Under the pieces are notes generated by a model, which saw only the letters and a list, made by a program, of their open reading frames with translations, searched no databases and had not been told where the DNA came from. Positions 24,818 to 38,500 of a DNA stretch of 64,000 nt are shown one piece after another. The position numbers and the translations under genes are program-made. This DNA is from Eledone cirrhosa. Lineage: Eukaryota. Location: positions 362,452,001 to 362,516,000 of the forward strand of contig OZ024740.1 in the NCBI GenBank assembly GCA_964016885.1, written 5' to 3'. Each line of letters begins with the position of its first letter. Positions within the stretch are counted from its first letter, which is position 1.

Positions 24818-26340
24818 ATTCAGTCAAAATACTATTATAGCTGTCAAATGCATGCTATTGTTAAGGGCTGCAGGTGCAAACAGACACAAGCAAACTCTAG
24901 ATCTTCCTCCTTTTATCCAGCAGAATATCCAGGATGTGAAAGCTGGAAGGAGAGAGAGGGTTGTGCCACTACTGGACTGGTACTTATTTTTTATCAACTC
25001 TGAAAGAATGAAAGGCAGAGTGAACCTCAGTAGGATTTTATCCCTGAACACAGAACCAGAACAAATGTCATACTCAAATGACTCTAATTGACTACCCTAT
25101 TCAATAAAAATAAACACATTTAAATTTCAATGCAAATATGCTTTATTTTAAAATTCTATTCAGTTTTAGTTGGTTTGTAAAGGCACCCGGCCTTGTGGTT
25201 AGGGTGTTGGACTCATGGACATAATGTTGTTAGCTCACTTCCTTGTCTGGGCAGCATGTTGTGTTCTTGAGCAAAATACTTTATTTCATTTTGCACCTTC
25301 CACTAGGAGCTGCAACCTGTAGATGATCTCAGTCCTAACAATCAGCTCCTTATCCCACTCTTTTTAGTTAGCTTTGTGTATTGGAAATTGTGGATTGAAC
25401 TGACTGGTTTTAACATTTCAACACAGTTTGTTTACCTCCCTCTCCTCAGGCTTACCAGACAGTTTGAAATGTTTTTTGTAAAAAAAATGGGCGGAAAGCA
25501 AAAATTAATTATAAAGCTTTGCTATACACAACAAAAATACATAAAATTTTATTTAAAATATTACTGCAATAAAATCAACTTACCTGAATTAATTATTTTT
25601 CCAAAGTTCTAAAGCAGGGCTGGAAACATTTTCAATCTAAAGAGCCATCTTTTAGCAAAAAAGAAAAAAAAATGTTTTCTGATTTAGGCACAATGCCAAC
25701 AATTTTTTGGGGAGGAGGGGAAGTCAATTAAATCAAACACAGTGAATTACTGGTACTTTATTTTATCGACATCATAAGGATGAAAGACAAAGCTAACCTT
25801 GGTGGGAATATAATAAAACAGTTAAGACTATTACAGCCATAAAAGAAAACATGCTGGCTAGAATACTTTGTTACAGTCTCATTATTTTCACAAAAGATTA
25901 TTTGTCTTCAATCTGTCTGTCATTTTCCTATATTGCCATTTTCAAATGTTTTTTTTTTATATAGTTAAATGTAATATTGACAAATCTGAAAATCTCCCTT
26001 TTAACATTTGATTTAATAACATGGCAGTATTAAGCAATACATGTTTTTTGAAAGCATTAGTTGCATCACATAATCTGGAGTCAGGTGGTCTGTAACTTCA
26101 ATAATGAATTGGCAGCATCTTCTTTTCACAGCAGGATCTTTGCGTCTCTGGCATGTCAATTTTTCTTCTATCCAATTAGATGATTCCCAACTTGTTTAAA
26201 TCTGGCTCCAAACTCAATGTTTTCAATAGCCTTTTCTTTACTAAGCCATCAATATTATAAACTTTAATATGCAGAGTTTTGCTAAGTTTCTCTAAACTTT
26301 TTACATAGTTCATAAGAATCATTGTTAGAGAACTGAATGG

Positions 26341-26522
26341 ATTGGCAGTATCGGTAGAGGGTTGGACGCTATGCTTTCTAGCATAGTTACGTCCCTTTAC
26401 AGTCTGAGTTCAAATCCCGCCGAGGTTAACTTTGCCTTTCAACCTTACAGGGTCGATAAAATAAAGTACCAGTAATGTACTGGGTAATTGCTGGCCTTGT
26501 GCCTAAAGTAGAAATAATTATA
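26341..26522 (+). mobile_element. Young tRNA-derived SINE inserted in the hAT remnant
   Basis: Near-identical to 8095-8277; removing it restores SVN-PF in frame on the minus strand. Confidence 0.92.
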
Positions 26523-26581
26523 TTCACAGATTTGACATCTTTTACTATGGCTGCAACAGACACAAAATATAAATAGCTTGG

Positions 26582-27113
26582 AATTTGAAAATGTTGGCTT
26601 TCTCTTTGGGGAAACTGTCACATGCAGATAACTATACATAATATTTGAAAAAGTTAGGTAAAGTACCTAAGAGATGAATGGTTCAATTCCTGCTGGTGTT
26701 TCTACCCACTTTTTTCCATCTCCAGCTATTATTTATAATAAAATGTTTGTTTGAAGCATTGTATATGATATATAATATGGAAAGAGATAGAAGGTTAAAC
26801 AATGCAAAATGGACTGTATGATGAAGGTAACAAAAACGTAAGTTACCAGGTAATCTTTGTTTTGTTTTTTGTTGTTGCTGTTCTTTCTTCTGTCCTAATA
26901 TTTTGGTTAGGTCCTGAAATATTAGGACAGAAGAAAGAACAGGAACAACAAAAAACAAAACCTAGATTACCAGGTAACTTACTTTTTTGTTACCTGATCT
27001 TACAGTCCATTTTGCATTGTTTAGCCTTCTATCTCTTTCCACATTATATATTATTTATAGTTATCTGCATTGTGGCTGCTTTCTAAAAGGAAAAGCAAAC
27101 ATATTTTCAAATT
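26582..27113. repeat. Foldback (inverted repeat): ~140-bp inner arms plus ~60-bp outer arms
   Basis: GGAAAGAGATAGAAGG...GTCCTAATATTT / AAATATTAGGAC...CCTTCTATCTCTTTCC; outer TGCAGATAACTATA / TATAGTTATCTGCA. Confidence 0.9.
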
Positions 27114-29707
27114 TAAAATTTCTCCAATGCTTTGTAAACAGTATATTTTAATCTAGAGCATTTTATACAATATTCTGACTACTTTGTAAATGTTCTGCCA
27201 GAATTTTGAGTTATGGCAAAATAACCTTTTAGTACTTTCGAGTTTAACAGAATGTTAAACATAAATTCCTCTCTCACAATGATTTCTGAAATTGTGAGCA
27301 GAATGAGCTTTCTCTGACCTATCTTCTTGGAATATTACTTCTCCAACACACCCCAAGATGGGGAAACGGATGTAAAATGATTGATAAAGATGGAACTATG
27401 AGAAGTCCAGGGTAGAATCTCAGTTATGAGAAAGCCAAAGTTTGATTAACTTTTTTTAAAGCATGCTGAAAATGATACACTGACTATATTTGCAAATTTG
27501 GTAAAACTTCCTTTATTCTAGCCCATACTGAGTTTTTATTTATTTCTGTAGAAGCAGTACCAAAGCCAATGCAGTTTTCTAAATTCATGTCATTTTCATT
27601 TAACTTGGTAAAAAATGTGTCAAAAAGAGACTGTGCCGTAGTAGATGAAAATGAAATTTACTGCTAACACATATACTGGTTTAACTGGCCTCCAACAAGA
27701 TTGTATCACACAGGAGGTTTTGGGGGTGTTTTAATGAACTACTGATGAAACTTGTGACTGGACAAAGCACTAGCCAGACAGAGGATTACCTGGTGGTGGA
27801 ACAGCACAGTAGATATAGCCATTAAAGCCAAGAGACAGATGTGGAAAGACTGGAAAAATGGGAGTAACAGAGACAAATACCAGGTAGCTAGATTACAGGT
27901 ATATATAGCTCAATAAGAGGTTGAAGAAAGAAAATTTGTTAATGTCTTGGAATTTGGGGATCAGACGTTAAGTGTTCGGCATTACAAGGAAGTGTGTCTG
28001 TGTGAATCAGGATCTTATTGGGGAAAAGTATGTTAGAAATGACATTGGTGCACTTAACAGATGTAAAAACGATGATGATGATGATCCCTGTCCTAACATG
28101 TAAATCAATGCTCAAGGACATAGCACATTGCCTTGTTCAGGAACTGAACCCACAATCTTGTGAATCTAACACCCAGATGAAACAGTATTTCAGTCTAAAA
28201 AAGACGTTTTGATAGATACATTATCATCTCTTCCACACAAAGAACTCACCACTATATACATATGCTTCTTAATTGCAATATCTATCAATTCATAAGTAGC
28301 TCAAATTTCTTTCTGTACACACATTCTTTCAAATCTGTGTCTAGACTTGCACTCACCGTATTTTTAATCATTTGAAAGCACCTGCTTTGATGTAATTTAT
28401 GCTATTGGGAATGCTTCTTTTCTCACGTCTGTTAAAAATATTTTTTAATGATTTTGCTGAAATGTTTGAGGGCCATTACTGAACAATGTTACCGTTACAT
28501 CTAATCTGATTTCAGCCTTTTTTATCATATCAACTGGTTCAGAATTGTACTTGATTGTAAATGAAGATAAATTATTTTGATTTAATTCTTAATGTCCTGT
28601 ACCACATGAAGCTGTATTAAAAAGACATTTTTGAAGAGTACAAAATAGCACTAAGAGAGTATCATATTATAAATTAAAGTTTACTTTAATTGCAGTTAGG
28701 TGCAAATTTGATCATGGATTTGTTCACTAGAAAGAACTATAAACATTTGAATTAACAGATCTGGGTTGAGATATTTTATGCCAAATAAATCATCATAGGA
28801 TTGATATCAACTTAGCTGAAACTGTCCTTGGTTATATAACACTAAAGTATTTTATTTTAAAGTCCTTTCATTATAATTTCATGTAAGAACCTTTGTTGTT
28901 TAAAAAATAATGGCCACCATTAGAAATATGGTAACAAAAAGGTAAAGAGTTGAATTGGTCATATGAAATTTGTGCTTAGAATATACTTCACGTTGACTAA
29001 TATAAATTTATATATATAGAAATTGGATTGTTAATTCAAATGTTTATAGTATCTTTGTTTTTAATATCTTTATTGTTGGATGGGTGTTTGCGAAAATACA
29101 AATGTAATAACTGCAGGGTTTTTCATTTGTTCTACGTCTTCTTTTTTTTACATTTTAATGTAATGCAATTATAGTGATGTTTTGTACAATAATGTCTTAT
29201 TAATGTGCCTCTCGTTTCTAAGATGCCAAGCAAAAGTAATGATAGACTAGTTATTAAAATGTAAACAAATATTGGTTGACACATAATGATAGAAGGTTGA
29301 CAACTGGACAATAATGAACTTGAGTAGCAATAAATTGTCGATTATGACTAAATATATGGAGTTGTATCCAAATGTATAAGTGGATTCTGATAATGTGTTA
29401 AATAACAACAGGATTAGTCACTTTGTTCCTCATACCAAACTGTCAGTAAGGCTCCCATGAGATCTAATTTCACAGTGAGACTAAATATATAGGGATATGA
29501 TACTATATATTTATTTATTCATATTGCTTTGAATTGAAACACAGTAACTACAGTGTAACCGAGCCCAGAGACAAGCAACAAACCATTGCCATTTGTATAT
29601 TATTAATAACTGCAAAACAAGGATGTGTGAAAGCATGTGGCCTAGTAGTTAGGGTGCTGGACTCACACTCCAAAGGTGGTGCAAAGTGTTCTTGAGCAAG
29701 ATACACT

Positions 29708-29740
<33 letters not shown>

Positions 29741-30489
29741 GTATTCAATAATGGTTTCTTATATAGGCACAAGGCCAGCAATTTGGTGGGAGGGAAAAGT
29801 CGATTAAATTGACCCCAGTGCATGACTGGTACTTTATTTTATCGACTCCGTATATACAGAGCAATTGTTAGTAATGTTAAACATTTTGAAGAATGAAAAG
29901 AGACTATTACAGTCCAAACCACAATTTATGTAGATATAAATAGACAACAGCTGTTACTTGGGCAGAACAAATGCTATACTCACAACACATAAAACAAAAA
30001 CAAATGATATGCTCACAGTTTATAAAATATACTAGTTTAACAAATATACTATGAGCAAGGATGGAATTGATTATAATAGGATATTTATTAGGTGTAATTC
30101 CACCATTCAGTCATATAAATATATATTTGGCTGGCTGATGGAAGTATACCTATGTACATATACATGTGTATACTTGGTTTTGTATATGTTTTGCAAGATT
30201 ATTGGTGTGAAATTGTGTATTGAAACAGATATTGTTATATTTTAAGTGGGTCATGCTGCCAATAAAAACACACCCTTTAAGTTTCACTTGAGTTTATTAT
30301 TAGTTTAATAACTAATCAATCCATTGGTTGGTTTAGTAACTGGATAGTTGTTTAACTTTATTGATAGCATGACCCTCCAAAAAATGCTCACAATTATATA
30401 ATATGTACAAACAAATGCATCATCACCTTGTCAATTCCATGCTGGCAGTGCAGTTTCACACATTAGGAGCACTTATTACACTTATAATG

Positions 30490-31335
30490 TCATTGCCTTT
30501 GAGAGGTGCAACTGTGCAAGGTCAGCTTTTATCACTTCATTTCTAGTCTTCCTGGGTCTTCTTACACCATATCTTCCATCAATTTAGAGAGCTCTGAACC
30601 TTTTTATGCAGCTGTCATCCTTCATATGCCTCACATGCCCATACCAATGCAATCTCCTCTCCTGCACACTGTATCTGATCCCTCTTATTCCTACTTTCTC
30701 TCTCAGTTCATTTATGCTTTGCCTTTCATGTATATTATTAATACACATCCATCGAAGCATGCAAGCTTCATTTCTTTCCAATCTTTGCAGGTCCACTGCA
30801 CACAGTGCCCAGGCCTCACTACTATGCAACATTGCTGTTTGTATACACACATCATACAATTTGCCCTTCATTTTGAAGGAAAAGCTTTTTGTAGCTAGCA
30901 GTGGTTGTAGCTTCCTGAACATTTTCGTTCCTGTTCTCACTCTGGCTGCTGTATTTTTAGAACACCTGCCACTTTTGCTAATTTGGTCACTCAGATAACA
31001 GAAGCTGTCTACTGCTTCTACAGAACCATCCAAGAATCTGATAGTGCTTTTTTCCTGTAGTCATTTGCTGCTTACTGATCCTGTGCAAAATCCATATGTA
31101 AAATCTACATTCTTAGCTAAACTACCTGAGAGCCCTCTACATCCATAGGTACATTGTGTACCTATAGTTTGCATTTGGGACAGAGGATGGAATTTTTACT
31201 TATGCCTTTCCTACACATTGAGCAAAGCCATCTCTCCGATTGCATCAAGACTCTGTTTTCTTATCCACTTAGTCATTGTCAGGTTGACTTTAAGACCCTT
31301 TGTTTCTAGGCCATGTTTCCAAGTTATGAATTTCT
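30490..31335 (-). mobile_element. RTE LINE fragment
   Basis: ORF 30584-31033 VDSFCYLSDQI...RRLHWYGHV, homologous to 12724-13656. Confidence 0.9.
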
Positions 31336-31507
31336 TCAAACAAAGAAAATAAATTAGTTCATACAAAACACAATGCAGAAAGAATCATTGTTAACTCATT
31401 TGTAATTTACTACCCAATTTATACTTTTGTGAGCTTTTCAGAAGTGTAATTTTTAAGGTTGTACTTGTGCTGATTTTGTCTGATTTTAAGACATTGCTAT
31501 GTCTCTT

Positions 31508-31890
31508 CATCATCATCATTTTACACCCGCTTTTCCCTGCTTGCAGGGGTAGGACGGGTCCTATTCAGCACAGCATCTCTCCACTTGTTGCAGCCCTTCG
31601 TCATCTCCACCGTGAGCTTCAGCGATCTGAGGTCTGCTCTCACCACCTCCGCCCATGTTTTTTGAGGTCTTCCTCTACTGCATCTTCCTTCAACTGCCAT
31701 TTCTTGGCACTTCTTTACCCAGCGGTCATCCTCTATGCGCATCACATGTCCATACCATTGCAGTCTTCTCTCCCGCACACTACAACTTATCCCTCTTCAA
31801 CACAGTTTCTTTCTCAACACATCCATGTTCGGCCATTCACGTACATTGACATCGCACATCCAACGGAGCATGCTTGCTTCATTTCTCTCC
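31508..31890 (-). mobile_element. RTE LINE 3' end
   Basis: RERRLQWYGHVMRIEDDRWVKKC...GRPQKTW; GAT tail. Confidence 0.9.
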
Positions 31891-33748
31891 TTATGTCCTT
31901 TATATTCTGAGGGGGTGGATGAGTAGTGTCACTAAAATGTTGGCTAGAATGCATTGTGGCTTTCTGCATTTTGAGTTTAAATTCTGCCATGGCTAGCTTT
32001 GCCTTTCAAGGTCAATAGATAATGTACCAATCCAGTGATCTCCCCCGCTCCTTCTCTCTCTTGCTCTCTCTAGAACGTGGCTGTGTCTGTGCTCAAGGCT
32101 GAAGAGAAAAAGGTCTTCACTAATTTAAATGCCCAAGACATACCTTATTTCTCAACAGCATCACTACAACTTTATCAGTAGTTAAGGTTATATGGAGGTA
32201 TATTTACTATATTTGCCTTATTTTCTAAATATTTAACAGTATTTATAATTGTTGCATATCTCTGTAGTGTGGTTGTTAATCAAACAGGGACAATATATGG
32301 TAAAGAGGTCTCTTCAGTTTACCCAAGCACATAATTGCCTCTCGAGTGTTGGATTCATTGCAAAATGATCCCAGTACACTCTGTAAAGTGGTAGTGCTGG
32401 TTCCATGTAAAATGGTTTGCATTAAGAAGGGCATCCAGCCATAGAAACTATGCCAAATGTGGAATGTATGGGCAAGATATGGTGCGCCAAGTAATCTTGT
32501 CCTAGCTCATATCACAACCCATCCAATACTTGCCAGCATGAAAAGCAGGTGTAAAAGGATAATGTCAGTGATTGGAGCTTATTGGTAGAGATAAATATGA
32601 TAAAAAACAAAGTAGAAAGAGAAAGAAAAGCTGAGTGCAAGTTCCAAAATATCACCATTGGAGTAAGCATGAGAAAGGAAACAGAAGAACCAAACCTCAG
32701 TTGAGTCTTTGAATGAGATATAGTAAGAGGAATTGTCATAACAGCTGCACATGTTATGTATAGACAGTGTCATTTGAATCCTTGCAAGAATATCCCAATA
32801 AAAGGCCATTTGGGCATTTTCATGTCATGCAAACCTACACTCAAAAAGCCACAATGGCTGTATGGTGGAATTATATCTCATAATGCTGTTATAATTAATC
32901 TTTTTTTGGTTATTTATGGTTCATTTGTGGTTTAACTGGTAATACCGAAATATCAGCTGTTTACTATATTTATATGACTTGGGTTTCTTATTGTAATAGC
33001 CTTGTTCTGTTTCTAAATGTTTAACAATACTTGCAATTGATCTGTGTATATATCTCTTTATGCATGCACACACAGTTTTTCACATATGGTGTATCTGTAA
33101 ATTTTTCACATATGGTGTATCTGTAAATTTTTTGTTTTGATATTAGTAAAGCCTCCATATTTACTTGTATTATATGTGGAATTTTATTTAGAATTATCAA
33201 CTAATGATTTTCTATCTAATTTTGTTGTCATTTTATATATTCTTTGTTTCATTTTTTGGATTATTGTTACTATTATTCATTTTCAGGAATTCCTTTATTC
33301 CTTTACTGGTTTCTGTCATTAGACTGTGGCCATATTGCGGCACTATCATGAAGGGATAGTTGATCATATTGACCCCAATGCTTATGCTTTTCGAGCTTGT
33401 ATATTTATTTTATCTGGTACTAGTTTTGTTGAACCTCAAAATCATGGGACAGTAAACACATGCACATGCACTCACACACACACACACACACATCATAATA
33501 AAATGCACTCTGTACATTCTGTAAATTTGTAGTGTTGGTGTCACAATAAAATGCACCTAGGACACTGTAAAATGGTAGTGCTGGTGTCTCAATAATATGC
33601 ATCCAATACATTCTTTCAAGTAGTTGGCAAAAGGAAGTGCATCCAGTGATAGGAACTACGCAAAAATGGAATATATGAGCAGTGTGTAGTCCTCATATTT
33701 GCTCAGTCTGTGATAAAGCACCCAATCCATGAAAAATTGATATGAAAC

Positions 33749-33800
<52 letters not shown>

Positions 33801-34924
33801 CAACATACCCTCACACACAGCTAGGACTGCAGCAGAAAACAGTTGCTCAAGGTGCCACCCAGGACCATATGGTTGGGAAGTGAAGTCCTTAAGTATACAG
33901 CTATGCCAATACCTATCAGTAATGTTCAGTAGAAACTCTTAACTATAGTTGAGAGTACAAGTAAACTTGTTACATCTTCACTCTTAACATCCTGTAATGA
34001 TTTAACAGAAAATATCTAAAATCAGGTTTGTTAATTCAAATGTTTATAGTATCGTTGTGAAACTATTTAATGTGATGTAGTCAGTTATTCTAAAAATAGT
34101 GTTGTATATGTGGTTGTTAATTGACTCTTATCATCTTGCAATGATTTAGCAGAAAATATTTAAAAACAGGTTTGTTAAATCAAATGTTCATAGAGGATAG
34201 GTTGTGAGAATTGACAGTATTAGAATAAAGACTAATCTTTAATGTGATGCAGTTAGAGAGGTGTTTTGTACTTTTCAAGAAAGTTTGTTAATGTGGATTT
34301 ATGTGATTCTTTTAATTCCATTTTCCTAATATGTTTACTAGTGGAAAGGTTGCTATAAAAATTTGCAGTATTAGAATAAAGACTTTAAATTTTAATGTAA
34401 TGCAGTCATAATACTGTTTTGTACTTTTCAAGAATATCTTATTAATATGGTTTCATTTTGTTTGTTAATTCAAATCTTTAAAGTGACTTTACTAGTATGT
34501 AGATTATGAAAATTTGCATTAAACATAAGTGAGGAATTTAATTTTTAATGTGATACAGTTATAGTGCTGTTTTGTACTTTTCAAGATTGTCTTGCTAATG
34601 CAGTTTAATGCAATAGAAGACAAATATAAAATTCCATTTGGAAAAACTTGCTCCATTGAACTACGTAATTGAAGATTATTTACACAAACTTTGTGATGAT
34701 GATGATGTCAGTGACACTGCGTCTGTCTCTGTCTTGGTTTAATAGTGTACAAATGTGTTACACACCAAATCAGTAAATATAGATGAATTGTATGAGTACA
34801 TGTCTGAAATAATCACTGATATTGATTTGATATGATCAGTTTAAACTCTTTCAGGCTTTGCTCCAGTATGACTGAAGTGCAATGACTGAAAATAAAAGAA
34901 TATATATATATATATATATATATG

Positions 34925-35890
34925 ATTCTATAGAAATAGTGGATACTTTCCGTTACCTGGGTGACAAAATCAGCAGTGGTGGAGGGTGCTCTGAAAGTAC
35001 AGTAGCCAGAGTCAGAACGGGATGGAAAAAGTTCAGAGAGCTTATACCGCTGTTGGCCACAAAAAGTTTCTCTCTGAAACTGAAAGGCAGTTTGTATGAT
35101 GCCTGTATACGAACAGCAATGCTACATGGCAGTGAGACATGGGCATTGCGTGCAGAGGACCTGCGCAGACTGGAAAGGAACGAAGCATGCATGCTCCGTT
35201 GGATGTGTAATATGTGAATGGCAAAGTATAAATGAACTAAGTGAGAAATTAGGAATAAGAGGGATCAGATGCTGTTTACTTGAGAGAAGTCTACGTTGGT
35301 ATGGTCATGTGATGCGCATGAAAGACGACAGCTGTATAAAAAAAATTGATGGTAGTTATGGAGTAGGTAAACCCAGAAAAACCTGGGATGATTTAATAAA
35401 TCCCGACCTTACACACTTGCACTTCTCTAAGACAATGTCACTGGACCGAGATCTTTGGCGCTACACAGTAATACAGAAGACCCGCCTTGCCTATGTACAA
35501 AGTGAAACCCACAGTCAGTAGGCACCTCTTAACCAAATATACACCCCAATCCACTACCCCTACCCTATCCTCCCACTAACACCACCCTCTCTCTGTAAAG
35601 TTGGTACCACAACATGCAGTCCAAATAAATTAGATAAATAAGATCGTGTAGGAGTCACGACAAAATAACACAGTCCACTCTGTAATGTGGCCGTGTAGGT
35701 AACACGGTAAAAAGTTCCCAGTTCCACACTGTAAATGTGGTTGGTGTTAGGAAGGGCATCCAGCCGTAAAAAACCTGCCAGATAGTCTTATATGAGCGAG
35801 ACACGGTCACCCGACCAACCTTGCCTCAAGTGAGACAACTCCCGTCTAACCCATGCTAGCGGGGAAGATGGACGTTAAATGAAGATGATG

Positions 35891-35924
<34 letters not shown>

Positions 35925-36150
35925 CACACCCTCCCACTGTAAAGTGGTCGTGGAGGTGCCCAGGCAAAAAAGCACCCAGCACTCACTGTAAATGAGGTTG
36001 GTGTTAGGAAGGGCATCCAGCTGTAGAAATGAAGGCAGAATCAGTGGCCCTATGAGCAAGGCATGGTCAGCCAGCCAGCTACTGCCCACAACAGGACAAC
36101 CCCTGTAGCCCATGCTAGCATGGAAGGACGGATGTAAAACGATGATGATA
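34925..36150 (+). mobile_element. RTE LINE 3' fragment plus a second RTE 3' UTR
   Basis: VDTFRYLGDKISSGGGCSES...MLRWMCN; 3' UTR with GGTTGGTGTTAGGAAGGGCATCCAGC and GAT tails. Confidence 0.92.
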
Positions 36151-36260
36151 ATATATAATGTTTAATATAGAAATGGCTTCTACAGGACTAGAACTGTTTC
36201 ATTCGAAGGAAATCAGTTCTGGTCCTGTAGAAACCATTTCTATATTAAACATTGTATATT
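36150..36260. repeat. Near-perfect ~50-bp hairpin
   Basis: AATGTTTAATATAGAAATGGCTTCTACAGGACTAGAACTG / CAGTTCTGGTCCTGTAGAAACCATTTCTATATTAAACATT. Confidence 0.93.
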
Positions 36261-36589
36261 CTCTATGTATTGAGTACTTTACTTACTGAGGTTACCCCCA
36301 ATGGAACCAAGGAAACACACACTCATGCACGCGCTAGTAATTTAGATTAATACTCAATAATGTTGACCTTGCTATTCAATAATCATTCAATGAATAATTG
36401 TTGCAAAAAGAACAAATTTTCAGATAATATTGAGATAGCATATGCAATATCCTGCATGGACTTAAACAAGGCATAAGAACAATAATTGTAATTATAATTA
36501 ACTTACATTAGAATAATAAATGATAGTTCTTAGAAGACAGACCTGATTTGAGCCCTAAGAAAACAATGCCAATTACCATTATTAAATAG

Positions 36590-36778
36590 GGCGGTGAATT
36601 GGCAGTATCGGTAGAGGGTCGGACGCCATGCTTTCCAGCATAGTTACGTCCCTTTACGGTCTGATTTCAAATACCGTTGAGTTTAACTTTGCCTTTCATC
36701 CTTACGGGGTCGATAAAATAAAGTACCAGTAATGTACTGAGTAATTGCTGGCCTTGTGTCAAAAGTAGAAACAATTAT
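36590..36778 (+). mobile_element. Young tRNA-derived SINE
   Basis: Family consensus match; TSD ATTATTAAATA. Confidence 0.92.
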
Positions 36779-36965
36779 TAAATAAATAAATGGTAAAGTT
36801 AAGATGTTGAGCTTTCTTCAGTAGGCACATCTTATGAACCATACTAGATATTAAACATCCACACACACAAATATTTTTTATACAGATATATATATATGTG
36901 TGTGCACAAGTATATATGTAAATATAAGTGTATGCATGTATAGTAAAAATGGACACAAAAAGGAT

Positions 36966-37104
36966 AATAATTGTTTCTACTTTAGGCACAAGGCCAACAA
37001 TTATCCAGTACATTACTGGTACTTTATTTTATCGACCCCATAAGGATGAAAGGTAAAGTTAACCTCAGTGGGATTTGAACTCAAACCGTAAAGGGACGTA
37101 ACAT
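36966..37104 (-). mobile_element. Young SINE, 5'-truncated, inverted relative to the 36590 copy
   Basis: 15-bp TSD AAAAAGGATAATAAT (36957-36971, 37105-37119). Confidence 0.9.
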
Positions 37105-37989
37105 AAAAAGGATAATAATGATGATAGTGATATTTATACGAGAGCTATTGCAAAAATTTTGAATCCAATATTCTTGACATGACAGTAAAATAAGGATATA
37201 TTTACTTTATTTCATAGTCAAGCTGATATCTTTTCGAGCATCTCTCAAATGTACTTATAATCTTCGTTATGATTTTATATCTACTTTTCCATGCTTGTAT
37301 AAGTTGTTGGTAAATATGTGGTTTGCCAAAATATTATGCAACTTTGTTTTTCCTGTGTGAAATAATGATATTAAGACAAAAGTGTGCAAAGTGGAGCCAC
37401 CCACATCTATGTGCATATATGGTTTTTGGTGAGTATTTAGTTTGTCAGGCAACTAGTGTGTGAAGAACTATACTACTTACTCATCAAATTTCCATTTCAC
37501 ATGATGCTGCAAACAAGAATCCTGAGTTTTTGAATACCATGATAGAGACAATGTGTGGGTGTATAAATAAAACCCAGAAAACAAAGCTCTATTGTAACAG
37601 TGGAAGCATCTAACATCATTTCCAAGGTCAAAAAAAGCACATCATGTCCAGTATTGATATTATAAATCAATCAATACAAAAAATCCATATTTTGTATTGA
37701 TTGATTGATTTATAAACTGAGAGACAGATATCGGCTGTAGGGTTCTCTCTGTACCAAAGATCCTTTCCAGTTGAAATCATCATTTATCAATAATTGAACC
37801 TAAATGGTTATTAAAATGGTTATAACTGAAGCATAAATTTTGAAGGCAGCTAATGTTTTACGTATAGTTAATGTATTGATATACTTTATGGGTCTCTTGC
37901 CTTCTCCACTGTGTGTGTGTATAAGTCTAACCCATGTTAGCATGGAAGATAGACATTAAACGATGATAATGCTATATATACACACACAC

Positions 37990-38500
37990 ACACGTCATCA
38001 TCATCATCCATTTTATGTCCATCCCTCCATTCTTATATGGATCGAATGAGTCTTCTCCAGCACAAATTCACTTCATTTGTTGCATTCCTTTGTCATCTCC
38101 TCTGTGAATCCAGTAATTTGAGATCAGCTCTCACCACTTCAACCTATGTTTTCCTCAGTCTTTTTCTTCTGCAGTTTCTTTCCATTGTGATCTCTTGGCA
38201 CCTTTTCGCCCTATGGGCGTCCATATGTATCACTTGTCCCTACCAGAGCAATCTTATATCTAATTTTTCTCTATTTTTCTCTCTGCGTCTTCATTTTATG
38301 GCATCCAGGCACATCAAAATTATAACTCCATCAGAATATATTTGATTCATTACCTTTCAGTCTTCACATATCCTCTGCATTCACTGTCTATATTCTCACT
38401 ATTATGCAGCATTGAACTTTTCATGCAGACCTGCCTTTCACTCGCCTAGAGCAACTCCCTTTGTTATCCACAGTCAGTCTCTTGAACTGTTTCCACTTAC
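37990..38500 (-). mobile_element. Old RTE fragment
   Basis: Degenerate similarity to 31508-31890; CAT tail. Confidence 0.65.

Larger units (their letters stand above)
25850..28596 (-). pseudogene. Decayed hAT transposase, interrupted by a SINE, a foldback and an RTE fragment
   Basis: Collinear peptides IKKAEIRL, KLHQSRCFQMIKNTVS, IDIAIKKHMYIVV, TAQSLFD...LENCIGFGT...NSVWARIKEV, NFGFLITEILPW, FMFNILLNSKVLKGYF, YLYFVSVAAIVKDVKSVNPF, NIEFGARF; many stops and frameshifts. Confidence 0.8.

Noticed and set aside
26520-26570. Apparent minus-strand splice acceptor (TGTTGCAG) and host exon
   Set aside because: Reads through as hAT transposase YLYFVSVAAIVKD; not a host gene
34766-34829. C/D-like stem CAAATCAGTA/TATTGATTTG with CTGA
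   Set aside because: No proper box C, and it overlaps a decayed coding-like frame
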